Virus record (IMG/VR): IMGVR_UViG_3300029922_000029
Coordinates: 32,001 to 96,000 of that record
Length of the DNA: 64,000 bases
Direction: 5' to 3' (one strand)
Source: a virus
The notes under the pieces are model-generated. The model was not told the origin of the DNA. It did not search any database and was given only the letters and a program-made list of their open reading frames with translations. The translations under genes and the position numbers were made by a program. Positions within the stretch are counted from its first letter, which is position 1. Each line of letters begins with the position of its first letter. This document shows positions 1 through 8,642 of the stretch, piece by piece.

Positions 1-656
1 GGCTTGATTTTGAAACCGGCGGTGTCGACCCTATGGTGCACTCACCCCTTTCGTTTGCGATGGAGGGTTATGATTCGAACGGAAACGCACTGGGATGCTG
101 GGATGTTCAGATTCGGATCCAGCCGCTGGTCGTCGAGCCGCAGGCTCTGAAGATCAACAAGATCGATCCCACGACGCCAGGCATCGGCCTGGAAGAGTTC
201 AAGAACGGCTACTTCCGAAGGCTGAACGACTGGTTCTACAATGGCAATAAAGAAGGCCGCACCGAGCCCATGATCCGGCCGTACGCCGAGATCATGCCTT
301 TGGTTTGTGGCCACAACACTTCGGGCTTCGATAATCTGATGCTGAAGCGACTCTTAGGTGACTGGGTCGGTGCCATCACGCAGGGCATCGACACGATGGT
401 GCTCGCCGCCACTCTCCGGCAGTGGGGAATCATTAATCCCGAGAACATAAAACTCGGGACTTTACTGGCCTACTTTGATATTAGTCCGCTGGAAGGTGAA
501 CTCCATACGGCTCTCACCGATATCCGAGGCTGTAAGCGCCTCAACGAAACCATGAAAGGGATTCTCAATGGAAGCCGCTACTCTCCTGAAATACAAGCAG
601 CTCTCGACGCTCCAGGGGCGTTCGATCCAATTGGTTTTATGGCAGCAGGAGAATGA
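1..656 (+). CDS. DEDDh 3'-5' exonuclease (DnaQ/epsilon-like), 5'-truncated by window edge
   Basis: The frame is open upstream of ATG33 and reads LDFETGG (ExoI DxE). It also has GHNTSGFD (ExoII) and LHTALTDI (ExoIII H-x4-D). Confidence 0.9.
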   Translation, partial: LDFETGGVDPMVHSPLSFAMEGYDSNGNALGCWDVQIRIQPLVVEPQALKINKIDPTTPGIGLEEFKNGYFRRLNDWFYNGNKEGRTEPMIRPYAEIMPLVCGHNTSGFDNLMLKRLLGDWVGAITQGIDTMVLAATLRQWGIINPENIKLGTLLAYFDISPLEGELHTALTDIRGCKRLNETMKGILNGSRYSPEIQAALDAPGAFDPIGFMAAGE

Positions 657-1377
657 CCAGTTTGTTTGCCTGATGGATGACGGCACCCAGTTCGCGATCG
701 CGGAAGACGCGTTTGTCGGCAAGGCTTCGATGGTCCCTTTGCAGAAGGCGGTTGCCACCGAGGGCCATCACGCGGAGCAGATCCTACGACTCAAGGGGAT
801 TGTTTGTGAAAAGGCTTACCAGCGCGGTAAAGAGTGTGGTAAGACCGGGACACTAGCGGCCGACAACGAATTCGAAACGGCCGACGAGAAGAAGGCCTAT
901 AAACAGGGGTTGGAAGATGGAACAGCAGAACACGCCAAACGAAGTGTCGATCCCACTAGCACCGCAGGAAAACTTTCTCCAGATGAAGAAGGAGCTCTCA
1001 ATGAATGCCTCGAGTCAGCTCGGCCCATCGACATGCTCGCAAACTGCGGAACCCTTGGCGGCACCGACCGACTCGGCCGACAGTCTGTCGATGCAGTCCT
1101 CCCACCTGGATCCGCTGGGTCTGGAGACACCATCACAGTCGCAAGTCCCGTCCCCGAATGGGGAGACCTTGAAATCCCCATCACAGGACGAGCGGTCCTT
1201 ACCGAGATCTCCCCAGATCCTCAGCCCGGAGGAAGCCCAACTCCAGCAACCGTTGCCTTCTATGCCGCAGACGGATCCGCAGTCGACCCAACCCAGCCTC
1301 CAGGAGATGTCCCCGTCAACGCTGCTCAAGTGGCTCCAGTTCAAGCTGAACCGGGAACCGACAGTCAGCCGACTTAA
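568..1377 (+). CDS. hypothetical protein with Pro/acidic disordered C-terminus
   Basis: 269 aa ORF; start uncertain; overlaps both neighbours. Confidence 0.55.
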   Translation: MEAATLLKYKQLSTLQGRSIQLVLWQQENDQFVCLMDDGTQFAIAEDAFVGKASMVPLQKAVATEGHHAEQILRLKGIVCEKAYQRGKECGKTGTLAADNEFETADEKKAYKQGLEDGTAEHAKRSVDPTSTAGKLSPDEEGALNECLESARPIDMLANCGTLGGTDRLGRQSVDAVLPPGSAGSGDTITVASPVPEWGDLEIPITGRAVLTEISPDPQPGGSPTPATVAFYAADGSAVDPTQPPGDVPVNAAQVAPVQAEPGTDSQPT

Positions 1378-1513
1378 GGACGGAAAATTCTTCGCCGACT
1401 ATTTCGCCCTGACTGCGCCGGCGACTCAGTTCATTGGAGATACCGAACACGAAGCTTATCTGGGGCTCGCCAAGTGGCTAGCCTCTCAACCTCAAGAGGA
1501 ATTACCTACATGA
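917..1513 (+). CDS. hypothetical protein (overlaps preceding ORF; globular-looking C-terminal ~65 aa)
   Basis: Its stop forms an ATGA overlap with the start at 1510. True start uncertain. Confidence 0.55.
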   Translation: MEQQNTPNEVSIPLAPQENFLQMKKELSMNASSQLGPSTCSQTAEPLAAPTDSADSLSMQSSHLDPLGLETPSQSQVPSPNGETLKSPSQDERSLPRSPQILSPEEAQLQQPLPSMPQTDPQSTQPSLQEMSPSTLLKWLQFKLNREPTVSRLKDGKFFADYFALTAPATQFIGDTEHEAYLGLAKWLASQPQEELPT

Positions 1514-2037
1514 TGGACTCTAAAATGATTCAGCCTGATCCCCGAATTGTGGACGCGATCGCATCCGTCGCCCACGCCGTGAATGACTCCTACCGCGCCG
1601 CCACGGGCGAGATTCCGAAGGGTCCTTGGGTTACGCTCTCCAACCAAACGAAACAAGGCACCCTGCAAGGCGTCGTGAACCACCTCATGAATCCAGGCGG
1701 CATCGACCCGCGCCACTCACACGAGCTCTGGCTCGAGGGCAAACTCCGCCAGGGCTGGCGGTACGGTGAGACGGAAGACGCGGAGGAAAAGGTTCATCCG
1801 TGCCTGTTGCCCTATCATTCGTTGCCTGAGAATCAGCGCGTGAAGGATTATCTCTTCGGAGCCGTTGTGGCAGCGCTCGGGCCTCTCCTGATCCCAAAGC
1901 CCAGCATCGGGAAATCGATGCGGTCGCCGGAAGAAAAGACTTTTGTTCCCGGGCCACTCAAGGGCGGTCTTGTACAGGGTATGACCAAAGCCTCAGGCGA
2001 ACGCCAGGAAGTGAGCGATGCTCATGGCAGCAGCTGA
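1510..2037 (+). CDS. RyR-domain protein
   Basis: Motifs IASVAH..., HELWLEGKLRQGWRYG, KVHPCLLPYHSLPENQRVKD match the RyR repeat. AGAGGA RBS before ATG1510. Confidence 0.85.
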   Translation: MMDSKMIQPDPRIVDAIASVAHAVNDSYRAATGEIPKGPWVTLSNQTKQGTLQGVVNHLMNPGGIDPRHSHELWLEGKLRQGWRYGETEDAEEKVHPCLLPYHSLPENQRVKDYLFGAVVAALGPLLIPKPSIGKSMRSPEEKTFVPGPLKGGLVQGMTKASGERQEVSDAHGSS

Positions 2038-2815
2038 AGACCAACCGCAGTTTGAGATCACAGAAGACCAGGCGACTGAGATCAGTGAGCTGATCCGCGG
2101 GGCGAGTGATGAGACTTATGATGAGGATGACCTCGAGCGGATTGACAATGCGCCTCCTCCAGTTCAGATCGATGAATTTGTCCCTACCACTCCAGCCGAA
2201 GATGATGAAATCGCTCTGCGCATCAAACTCTCACCCGAGACCATCAAACGGATGAAGGTCTTGGCGATCCTGGGTTCTCCTCAGGTCATCGTCTCACTCA
2301 AGGAGCAACTCCAGGTGACGGTGAACGATTGCTTCGACCAGCTGATCCAAGACGAACTCAGGCAACACCTGGCGTCATCAGGCGTCCTTCCTGAGTCTCA
2401 GCTTCAGCCCGCAATCCCCGGAACCACTGCAGGTCCGGCGCCCACCACTCCCCGCGCTACGCGCGCGGCCCAGGCAGCACAAGCTGCGGCGACTGACTCA
2501 TTCAGTCACAGCCTCTCCAATGACGAAGAGGATCCTCCCGAGGATGAAGATCCGACCGGCGAGAAAAAACCCATGGTTTTGGCCGGCCAGTTCGAGGACG
2601 TCGGTGAGGATGCCGATGCACACCTGGATGCGATCTTCACGGAAATCAAACCGTCGCGGCAGAGCCGTCAACAGAATGAAGACCAGCAACTGGCTGCTCT
2701 CGCCGGCGCGCCCGGAGTTTCTGGCGGCAGCGGTGGCATGACGGATGCCCGCAAGGCTTACGACGGTAAGAAGAAGGCCAATGTGTATGTGGCTCGAGCG
2801 GGTGAATTGAATTGA
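2018..2815 (+). CDS. acidic hypothetical protein
   Basis: 265 aa ORF in a tightly packed operon. Confidence 0.7.
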   Translation: MLMAAAEDQPQFEITEDQATEISELIRGASDETYDEDDLERIDNAPPPVQIDEFVPTTPAEDDEIALRIKLSPETIKRMKVLAILGSPQVIVSLKEQLQVTVNDCFDQLIQDELRQHLASSGVLPESQLQPAIPGTTAGPAPTTPRATRAAQAAQAAATDSFSHSLSNDEEDPPEDEDPTGEKKPMVLAGQFEDVGEDADAHLDAIFTEIKPSRQSRQQNEDQQLAALAGAPGVSGGSGGMTDARKAYDGKKKANVYVARAGELN

Positions 2816-3120
2816 CCCACACCTGTAAACACTGCTCAGGCCCGCTTCTCCACGTGAAGCCAGGCCCGGTGGACCTGCTGTGGTGTAACCCCTGCACGGC
2901 CGCGCACGACATGAACGGCGCCATGCTGGCAACCCCCGGGGATCAGCTGAAGAGCTCATTCGATGCATTGAAGGTTACACGCCAGCATATCCATCCCCCG
3001 GCCGGCGTAAAGGGCCTGATGCAGAACACTCTCGAAGCCGCCTACATGGAAGGCCTGCTGCAGTCCTACATGGCGGGCGTGAAGGATGGGCTGTTACTGG
3101 CTTATCAGACGCCGAAATAG
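2812..3120 (+). CDS. small zinc-ribbon protein
   Basis: CKHC...CNPC; TTGA overlap with the upstream stop. Confidence 0.6.
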   Translation: MTHTCKHCSGPLLHVKPGPVDLLWCNPCTAAHDMNGAMLATPGDQLKSSFDALKVTRQHIHPPAGVKGLMQNTLEAAYMEGLLQSYMAGVKDGLLLAYQTPK

Positions 3121-3353
3121 TTCTTGCCAACTAAGACTTTTCTGCCTATGGTCTCTCCACAGGAGACCTTTATGATCGAAAAACTCGGTGTATCGCAGGA
3201 ACAACTGAAGACGGAACTCACGCAGGAGCTCGCCGCACTCAAAGAAAAGAAGAACGGCCTTTCGAAGTTGGGCTCAGTCGAAGAATCCGGCGCATCCGCA
3301 GCAGTGGATGCCGAGATCGCGGCCGTCAAGAAGCAGATGGATGAGTTGGTCTG

Positions 3354-4295
3354 ATGTCAGCCACGCCTGAGAATGGGGAGCCGATCCTCTTTCGTGTCGT
3401 AGCATTCGGCACTCGCGACAAAGACAAGCTCTACACGGTCGAGCTGTTTAGCCGGATCTTCGAGCATGAGCAGGATGCCAGGACTTTCGGAAAAGCCCTC
3501 CTGGCTGCAGAGGGCACAATCCATGGGATCGTCGATAGCTATGTGTTCCAGAAGATCCGTATCGAGGAGCAGTCGTCGCACGCCTTGATTAAGTTTGTGG
3601 ATCTGGCCGATCAAAATCCTCCACCCACCTGCCGACAGATCCTCGAAGCTTGCCCAGATAACCGGCCCTTTACCGAGCAAGACATGAACCATGTCCGCAA
3701 GATCATCACGGATGCCATCGCACCAACCTGTCCGAAGAAATACCTGTTCAACCAAGAGACGGCCGATGCCATCAACGAACTCCAGCCACTCAACCAAGCC
3801 GAAGAGAATAAACTGCAGGAGAGGTTAAAGGGATATCTCGAGACTACGGCCATAAAGCCAAGTGACTTTGGTCGCCCTAAGACCGCGACAGAACACCTCG
3901 AGGAGCAAGATCATTTCAAAAGATCCTATCGCAAGACGATGGATCAAATCTCGCAAGGCTATCCGACTTACGCTGAAATCATCGCTTCGCCTGATCCAGC
4001 CCAACTCCTAGCGGACTATGCAGCCAAACGTGCCGCAAGACTCGAAGATGAAGAGGTCAGTCGTGCCGGTAAAATTAGGCATATTAAGGTCCCCACTCTC
4101 ACCCACGATGAAGAAAAAAACACCCTATACATGAGTGGTCCAGTGACGCCAGAACCCTATACCTATCCAATCACGGATGTGATTGAGGAGATCCCAGTCC
4201 GTGGCAAAATCACGAAACTTCCCGGTACAAGTCAGGTGAAGCAAGATGCTTCAGAACAAAACGACTTTGATCCCAACTCACCTTCGATCGCCTGA
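3354..4295 (+). CDS. hypothetical protein
   Basis: 313 aa ORF coupled to the upstream stop (TGATG). Confidence 0.7.
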   Translation: MSATPENGEPILFRVVAFGTRDKDKLYTVELFSRIFEHEQDARTFGKALLAAEGTIHGIVDSYVFQKIRIEEQSSHALIKFVDLADQNPPPTCRQILEACPDNRPFTEQDMNHVRKIITDAIAPTCPKKYLFNQETADAINELQPLNQAEENKLQERLKGYLETTAIKPSDFGRPKTATEHLEEQDHFKRSYRKTMDQISQGYPTYAEIIASPDPAQLLADYAAKRAARLEDEEVSRAGKIRHIKVPTLTHDEEKNTLYMSGPVTPEPYTYPITDVIEEIPVRGKITKLPGTSQVKQDASEQNDFDPNSPSIA

Positions 4296-4307
4296 AAGGA
4301 ATCATTC

Positions 4308-5663
4308 ATGATTATTGGATTGACCGACAAACCCGTTATTCGCCGTGATGGTAAAATCCGCTGTGGTACCGGCCCAAAAACGGGCGGCTTCAAGAACTCC
4401 CCTCACTTCCTGCTCCGCGATGCCGAGCAGCTCATTCCAGTCCTGGGCGCCGAACCCACCGAGATCTTCTTCACCTTCCACTCGGATAATCCAAGTGAGG
4501 TCGCCAAGATCGATCTTCGCTGGTACAGCCAGACCAAGCTCCTCTGCCAGTCCATGCACAACACGACGGACAAGACGAAGCCAATTGGCCAGTGGGCCGT
4601 CTACCGCGGGCAGAACGAAGTTCCTGGAATGACGCAAGAGCCCTACCTCGGACTTGCCCGTACCCGGAAGCGCCAATGTGATTACAAGGGCTGCGCTCAA
4701 TACCAAACCGGTGACTGCGGCGAGCACTTGTTCCTCAACATCATGATCCCGCAGTACAGCATGGGCTCAATCTTCACGCTCGACTCGGTCTCAATTCTGG
4801 CCGTCGTCAATGCGCTCGGACTGTTCGAGAAGGCCGGAACCCAGCATGGCGGCAAGTTTTCGGGCGAGATCTATCGCATGTTCAAGAAAGAAGTCGAGTC
4901 TGAATTCTTCGATACGAACGCCGGTAAGGACGTGAAGCGGAAGCAGCTCGTGGTTCAGTTTGCTCAAGTCAACTATCAGGACTATATCACCAGGTTTGGA
5001 AACAAGATCAGCCCAGAGAACATGCATGCACTCGAGGCATTACGGGCGCGTGGGCACGTCGGGAATCGAAGCATCTATTCCTTGGCATCGGATCTCAGTC
5101 GCCAACAAGAACCTCTCGCATTGGTCGATCACAGCTTCGAAGAAGATCTTGAAGCTCTGCCATCACCAGAACAAGTCTCTGCTCCCCTGACTCCGCTGGG
5201 GGGTGGTGATGACAAAGCCATTAAAGACCGAGGAAACCATCCTGCTCTCGCCGCTCTGTTCGTGGAGCTCTCAACACTTGCAAAGGTGGATAATTCAGAG
5301 CTCAACCGATACAACGTGGCGAAGACCGTAAACAGTGTCGAGAACCTCGCCACTTATTTGAAAGCCAAGATTGCCGAACACAAGAAGCGACTCGCACTCA
5401 AAGAAGGTCCGGTTGTCAGTCCGCATTCTCACACACCTGCTCATGTCACGGGCACCGCTCTACCAGCCGGATCCGTTCAATCAGCGAGACCAGCAGGACA
5501 ATCGCAACCAGCAGGATTAGCGCAGGCCAAGCCGCAACCAGCCGCGGGCCCAGCACAGTCTGTCGTCAGCAAGCCAACCGGTGCGCCCGTAGTCGTGCCT
5601 GCCGGTACGCCCATCCCAGGGGCAGCCCAAAAGGTTGCTTCCATCGTAAGTCCTTTATTCTAA
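4308..5663 (+). CDS. Gp3-like (recombination directionality factor-like) protein, putative recombination/annealing protein
   Basis: N-terminal pattern IIGL...GKIRCG...PHF...PTEI.F.F..D...LLC...C...C......C...L...IP...G...L.S.S resembles the Gp3-like family. Pro/Ala-rich tail. Confidence 0.65.
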   Translation: MIIGLTDKPVIRRDGKIRCGTGPKTGGFKNSPHFLLRDAEQLIPVLGAEPTEIFFTFHSDNPSEVAKIDLRWYSQTKLLCQSMHNTTDKTKPIGQWAVYRGQNEVPGMTQEPYLGLARTRKRQCDYKGCAQYQTGDCGEHLFLNIMIPQYSMGSIFTLDSVSILAVVNALGLFEKAGTQHGGKFSGEIYRMFKKEVESEFFDTNAGKDVKRKQLVVQFAQVNYQDYITRFGNKISPENMHALEALRARGHVGNRSIYSLASDLSRQQEPLALVDHSFEEDLEALPSPEQVSAPLTPLGGGDDKAIKDRGNHPALAALFVELSTLAKVDNSELNRYNVAKTVNSVENLATYLKAKIAEHKKRLALKEGPVVSPHSHTPAHVTGTALPAGSVQSARPAGQSQPAGLAQAKPQPAAGPAQSVVSKPTGAPVVVPAGTPIPGAAQKVASIVSPLF

Positions 5664-5669
5664 TCACCG

Positions 5670-5705
5670 AACCCTCTGCTCCTCGCGGGGCAGGGGGTTT
5701 TCTTT
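5670..5705 (+). terminator. intrinsic terminator
   Basis: AACCCTCTGCTCC-TCGC-GGGGCAGGGGGTT hairpin followed by Ts. Confidence 0.65.
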
Positions 5706-5727
5706 AACTCTCGAAGGAGCTCTCGCC

Positions 5728-6777
5728 GTGATCAAATTCATCCTCGTCCTCCAAGGTAACCACCCAGAAATCAAAAGCTCCCTCATCAAAGGACTCCAGA
5801 CGGTCCAGGACAAGTTCTTCGTGAGAGCAGTCGTCAGCCAGAAGTATAACGGCCCCATCAAAGACCTCCACGACATCTTCATGGACTACTTCAGCCAGTA
5901 CGGGCAGACGGTTCAGGACAAGAACGACGTTGTGTTGCGTTCGGTAGCAGAGATGGGTCGCGCGGTTTATGGTCCGGATGCCTGGACGAACCTTCTTCAC
6001 GCTAGTCTCCGGCAAATTTCGGCTGCTGCCGAACCCATGGGAGTCGTCGTTGAGGATCTCACAAGTCACGACCAACTCGCACAGCTAGAAGAATTCGCTA
6101 GCGGCTTAGGTGGAGCGCCTGTGATCACGGTCAGGCTCCACCAGCCGCTGGACAAGACTTTGACCGCCTGGAAGGATTCCGACTTCGACCTCACGATCGA
6201 TCCCGACAAAGGGATGTTCCATATCTTCGGACCCCTGACGGCCGCGATCCGAGCCAAACTGCCCTCCGAACAGACAACGCCCTCCTCTCAAAGTTCTACC
6301 CACCAGGCGGTCGTCGCTCTCAACGAGGAGCTGAAGAAGCTATTGGCTCAGGGCTATGGAGCTGATTTCCAATGGGTTTATGACACCACCACGGGCTGCA
6401 AGCAGCTCAAGCTGAAAAAGCTTGAACCCATCGTGAAACTGGACAAGACTGAAGAGACGCGAATCGCGGAGCTCACGCAACAAACCTTGAGTGAAGCTCA
6501 GCCCGCGGTGCCAGTTGCGGTTCCACCCACGGAGTCCAAAGTTGACGAAGCCCCCCTCGCAGCAGAATCAGTCCCAAATGACGGAAGCGGACCAGCAGCA
6601 AGCGAAGCTGTCGGCGACGTTAGCCATGACGAAAGCAGTCCGGGCCATGATTCTGGAAATCCTGACACGTTCGATGGGTCGGGGGGACCTGCTTCTGATG
6701 GAAGCGTTGGGGCTGGACTCGCGCAAGATGTTGATGGAAGCAATAACGCAGGAAGCACAAGCGCTGTTGGGACGTGA
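5728..6777 (+). CDS. dNMP-kinase-like protein with degenerate P-loop and long disordered tail
   Basis: ILVLQGNHPEIKS, YNGPIKD, LRSVAEMGR...DAW, VVVEDL and GG.PVITVR follow the phage dNMP kinase motif order. AAGGAG RBS. Confidence 0.6.
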   Translation: MIKFILVLQGNHPEIKSSLIKGLQTVQDKFFVRAVVSQKYNGPIKDLHDIFMDYFSQYGQTVQDKNDVVLRSVAEMGRAVYGPDAWTNLLHASLRQISAAAEPMGVVVEDLTSHDQLAQLEEFASGLGGAPVITVRLHQPLDKTLTAWKDSDFDLTIDPDKGMFHIFGPLTAAIRAKLPSEQTTPSSQSSTHQAVVALNEELKKLLAQGYGADFQWVYDTTTGCKQLKLKKLEPIVKLDKTEETRIAELTQQTLSEAQPAVPVAVPPTESKVDEAPLAAESVPNDGSGPAASEAVGDVSHDESSPGHDSGNPDTFDGSGGPASDGSVGAGLAQDVDGSNNAGSTSAVGT

Positions 6778-6808
6778 AGACCCGCTAGCGCCATTACAGG
6801 AGATCTGA
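6578..6808 (+). CDS. small helical hypothetical protein overlapping the kinase-like gene tail
   Basis: Amphipathic sequence MTEADQQ...; stop 3 nt before the next ATG; no clear RBS. Confidence 0.45.
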   Translation: MTEADQQQAKLSATLAMTKAVRAMILEILTRSMGRGDLLLMEALGLDSRKMLMEAITQEAQALLGREDPLAPLQEI

Positions 6809-6811
6809 ACA

Positions 6812-7063
6812 ATGCCCCCACGTGAGAAAAGTGTTGAAGACGAAGCGGAAGCCATCATGAATGACAGTTCGCTCGAGGGTGATGAAACTCTCACCGCAGA
6901 GACTGAACTTCCAGAGGAAGAGTCTGGCTTCAACGAAGAAGGCGACCCAGAAGAAGTGAATCTGGGTGAGGATGATGACTCGGTTGAGGAGCCCGTCGAA
7001 GAAGATAGCTACGAAGATCAGCCGGAATCCGAAGGCGAAGCGGAAGGCAACGAGGCCGGGTAA
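6812..7063 (+). CDS. hyper-acidic small protein
   Basis: About 35 of 83 residues are D/E and only 2 are basic. AGGAG RBS. Confidence 0.75.
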   Translation: MPPREKSVEDEAEAIMNDSSLEGDETLTAETELPEEESGFNEEGDPEEVNLGEDDDSVEEPVEEDSYEDQPESEGEAEGNEAG

Positions 7064-7074
7064 TCGGGTATAAG
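7047..7074 (+). promoter_or_regulatory. bipartite phage promoter-like motif copy 1 (GCAA-N16-GGTATAAG)
   Basis: Same fixed spacing as the 7 other copies. Confidence 0.65.
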
Positions 7075-7098
7075 CTTAATAGAGAAAAGCAACTCTTG

Positions 7099-7136
7099 AA
7101 CGGCCACTCACTTTTGTGCAGTGGCCGTTTTTATTT
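7099..7136 (+). terminator. intrinsic terminator
   Basis: AACGGCCACT...AGTGGCCGTT followed by TTTATTT. Confidence 0.7.
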
Positions 7137-7289
7137 GAGGCGTGATGTGGATAAAAAGGTTGTAGATCAGTTTAATCAACTCTTCATTGAGCGTCTCTCT
7201 CTATCAGACAAGCCCATGGGAAGAGTCGCTGAAGTTATGGCAGAGATCATCGCTGAAGAATTAGGGCTCAAGCTGCCCAAGGAGAATAG

Positions 7290-8642
7290 ATGCAAGTCGT
7301 TAAAGAAATCCCGCAAGGCTACAAAGAATGGAAACCCAAGTACGGCCCGTACTCCGCATCGCGCCTGATCACGGCCAAGTGTCCCCAGCGCTACTTCGGA
7401 CAGTACGTCCGCGGCGATCGCAGTATCGGCTTCTCGCAGGCAGCAAGCCGCGGGTCAGCTATCCATGAGATCTGCGCCAGGATCACGACAGCCAAGACCC
7501 AAGGGGTCAGTCTCACTCCAGTTCTGGTTGACCAGTGGGTAGGAGAGGCTATCGGAAGATACCCAGCCGCTTACGAGCAAGTCGACATGGTGAAGGCCGC
7601 AGCCGGAGCCTACATCGGTAATCCGTCTCGTTACGTGAACGCAACGACGAAGTGCGAAGTGCCTTTGGCATTCCGGTATTTCGTTGAAGAGTTGATGGAC
7701 GATTCGATCAGTCCAAAGGTACTCCTGCTCCAGGAGCCTTATGAGATTGAGGGTAGGCCCAATCCAGCAGCCTTCATCGGCGGCCGGATCGACCAAGTCA
7801 GTATGGACAGGGTGACCAATACGATTACGCTCCTTGATCATAAGAGCACACCCTCTGCGGTTCAGAATGAAGACACGAACTTCCAGATGGGAGTCTACGC
7901 TTGGTTTCTGCACCTCCTCTATCCATCGTTCACAATCAGAACCGTAATCCACTACGCTCACCCTGATCTGAACTTCTACGGAAGTCCAGTTGTGTGGAGC
8001 AAACAGGAGCTCGATGATGTGGGCTCGTACGTCATCACGCGGATTCGGGCGATCGAATCTTTCGAAGAGTTTCAGGCGATCCCTGGAAAACAGTGTGACT
8101 ACTGCCATATGGTGCAGTCGTGCGACATTAATCTTCAAATGGAAGAGCAGCGGGCACGAGGCACGATCGATCTCAACGTTCGATCGGTTCAGGATGCCCA
8201 GCGTATCGCTGAGCAAATGCATGTGGTCGGCAAGATGTACGATGACCTTCAGAAGACCTATAAGGATGGTCTTGAGAAGTTCGGCATCACGGGAACTGGG
8301 GTCGCGATCGATGGTTATGTCTACAAGCACAAGACGATGGATGAAGCCGTGGATTGGGTTGCTACTGACTTCAACGTGAGGGATCAAGCTTTGATTGCGA
8401 TCCAGGCGCTCACCGATCCTCAACTCGAAGGCGAGGCGAGGCAGAAAGCAGAGCTGATGTCCAAGCTTCCGAGTCTTCATGCGGTTCTTGCCCACTATGG
8501 CGTGCAGCCGGATGAATTCAAGAAGTGGGACAGTGACAGCCTGAAGAGTTTGTGGAGGCTCGACAAGCCTCAGCTACTCGAGAGAATCAAGGGGTACATT
8601 GTGAATAAGCGGAACACTAAATTTGGGAGGTACAAGATATGA
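7290..8642 (+). CDS. Cas4/AddB-like PD-(D/E)XK exonuclease
   Basis: YSASRL...KCP..Y, RGSAIHE, GRID, DHKS, QMGVY and C-terminal CDYC.....C give a 1+3 Cys Fe-S staple. Confidence 0.88.
   Translation: MQVVKEIPQGYKEWKPKYGPYSASRLITAKCPQRYFGQYVRGDRSIGFSQAASRGSAIHEICARITTAKTQGVSLTPVLVDQWVGEAIGRYPAAYEQVDMVKAAAGAYIGNPSRYVNATTKCEVPLAFRYFVEELMDDSISPKVLLLQEPYEIEGRPNPAAFIGGRIDQVSMDRVTNTITLLDHKSTPSAVQNEDTNFQMGVYAWFLHLLYPSFTIRTVIHYAHPDLNFYGSPVVWSKQELDDVGSYVITRIRAIESFEEFQAIPGKQCDYCHMVQSCDINLQMEEQRARGTIDLNVRSVQDAQRIAEQMHVVGKMYDDLQKTYKDGLEKFGITGTGVAIDGYVYKHKTMDEAVDWVATDFNVRDQALIAIQALTDPQLEGEARQKAELMSKLPSLHAVLAHYGVQPDEFKKWDSDSLKSLWRLDKPQLLERIKGYIVNKRNTKFGRYKI

Noticed and set aside
7290-8642. Cas4-like nuclease as evidence of a CRISPR-Cas system
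   Set aside because: No repeat-spacer array or other cas genes are seen; solo Cas4-like exonucleases are common in phage recombination modules.
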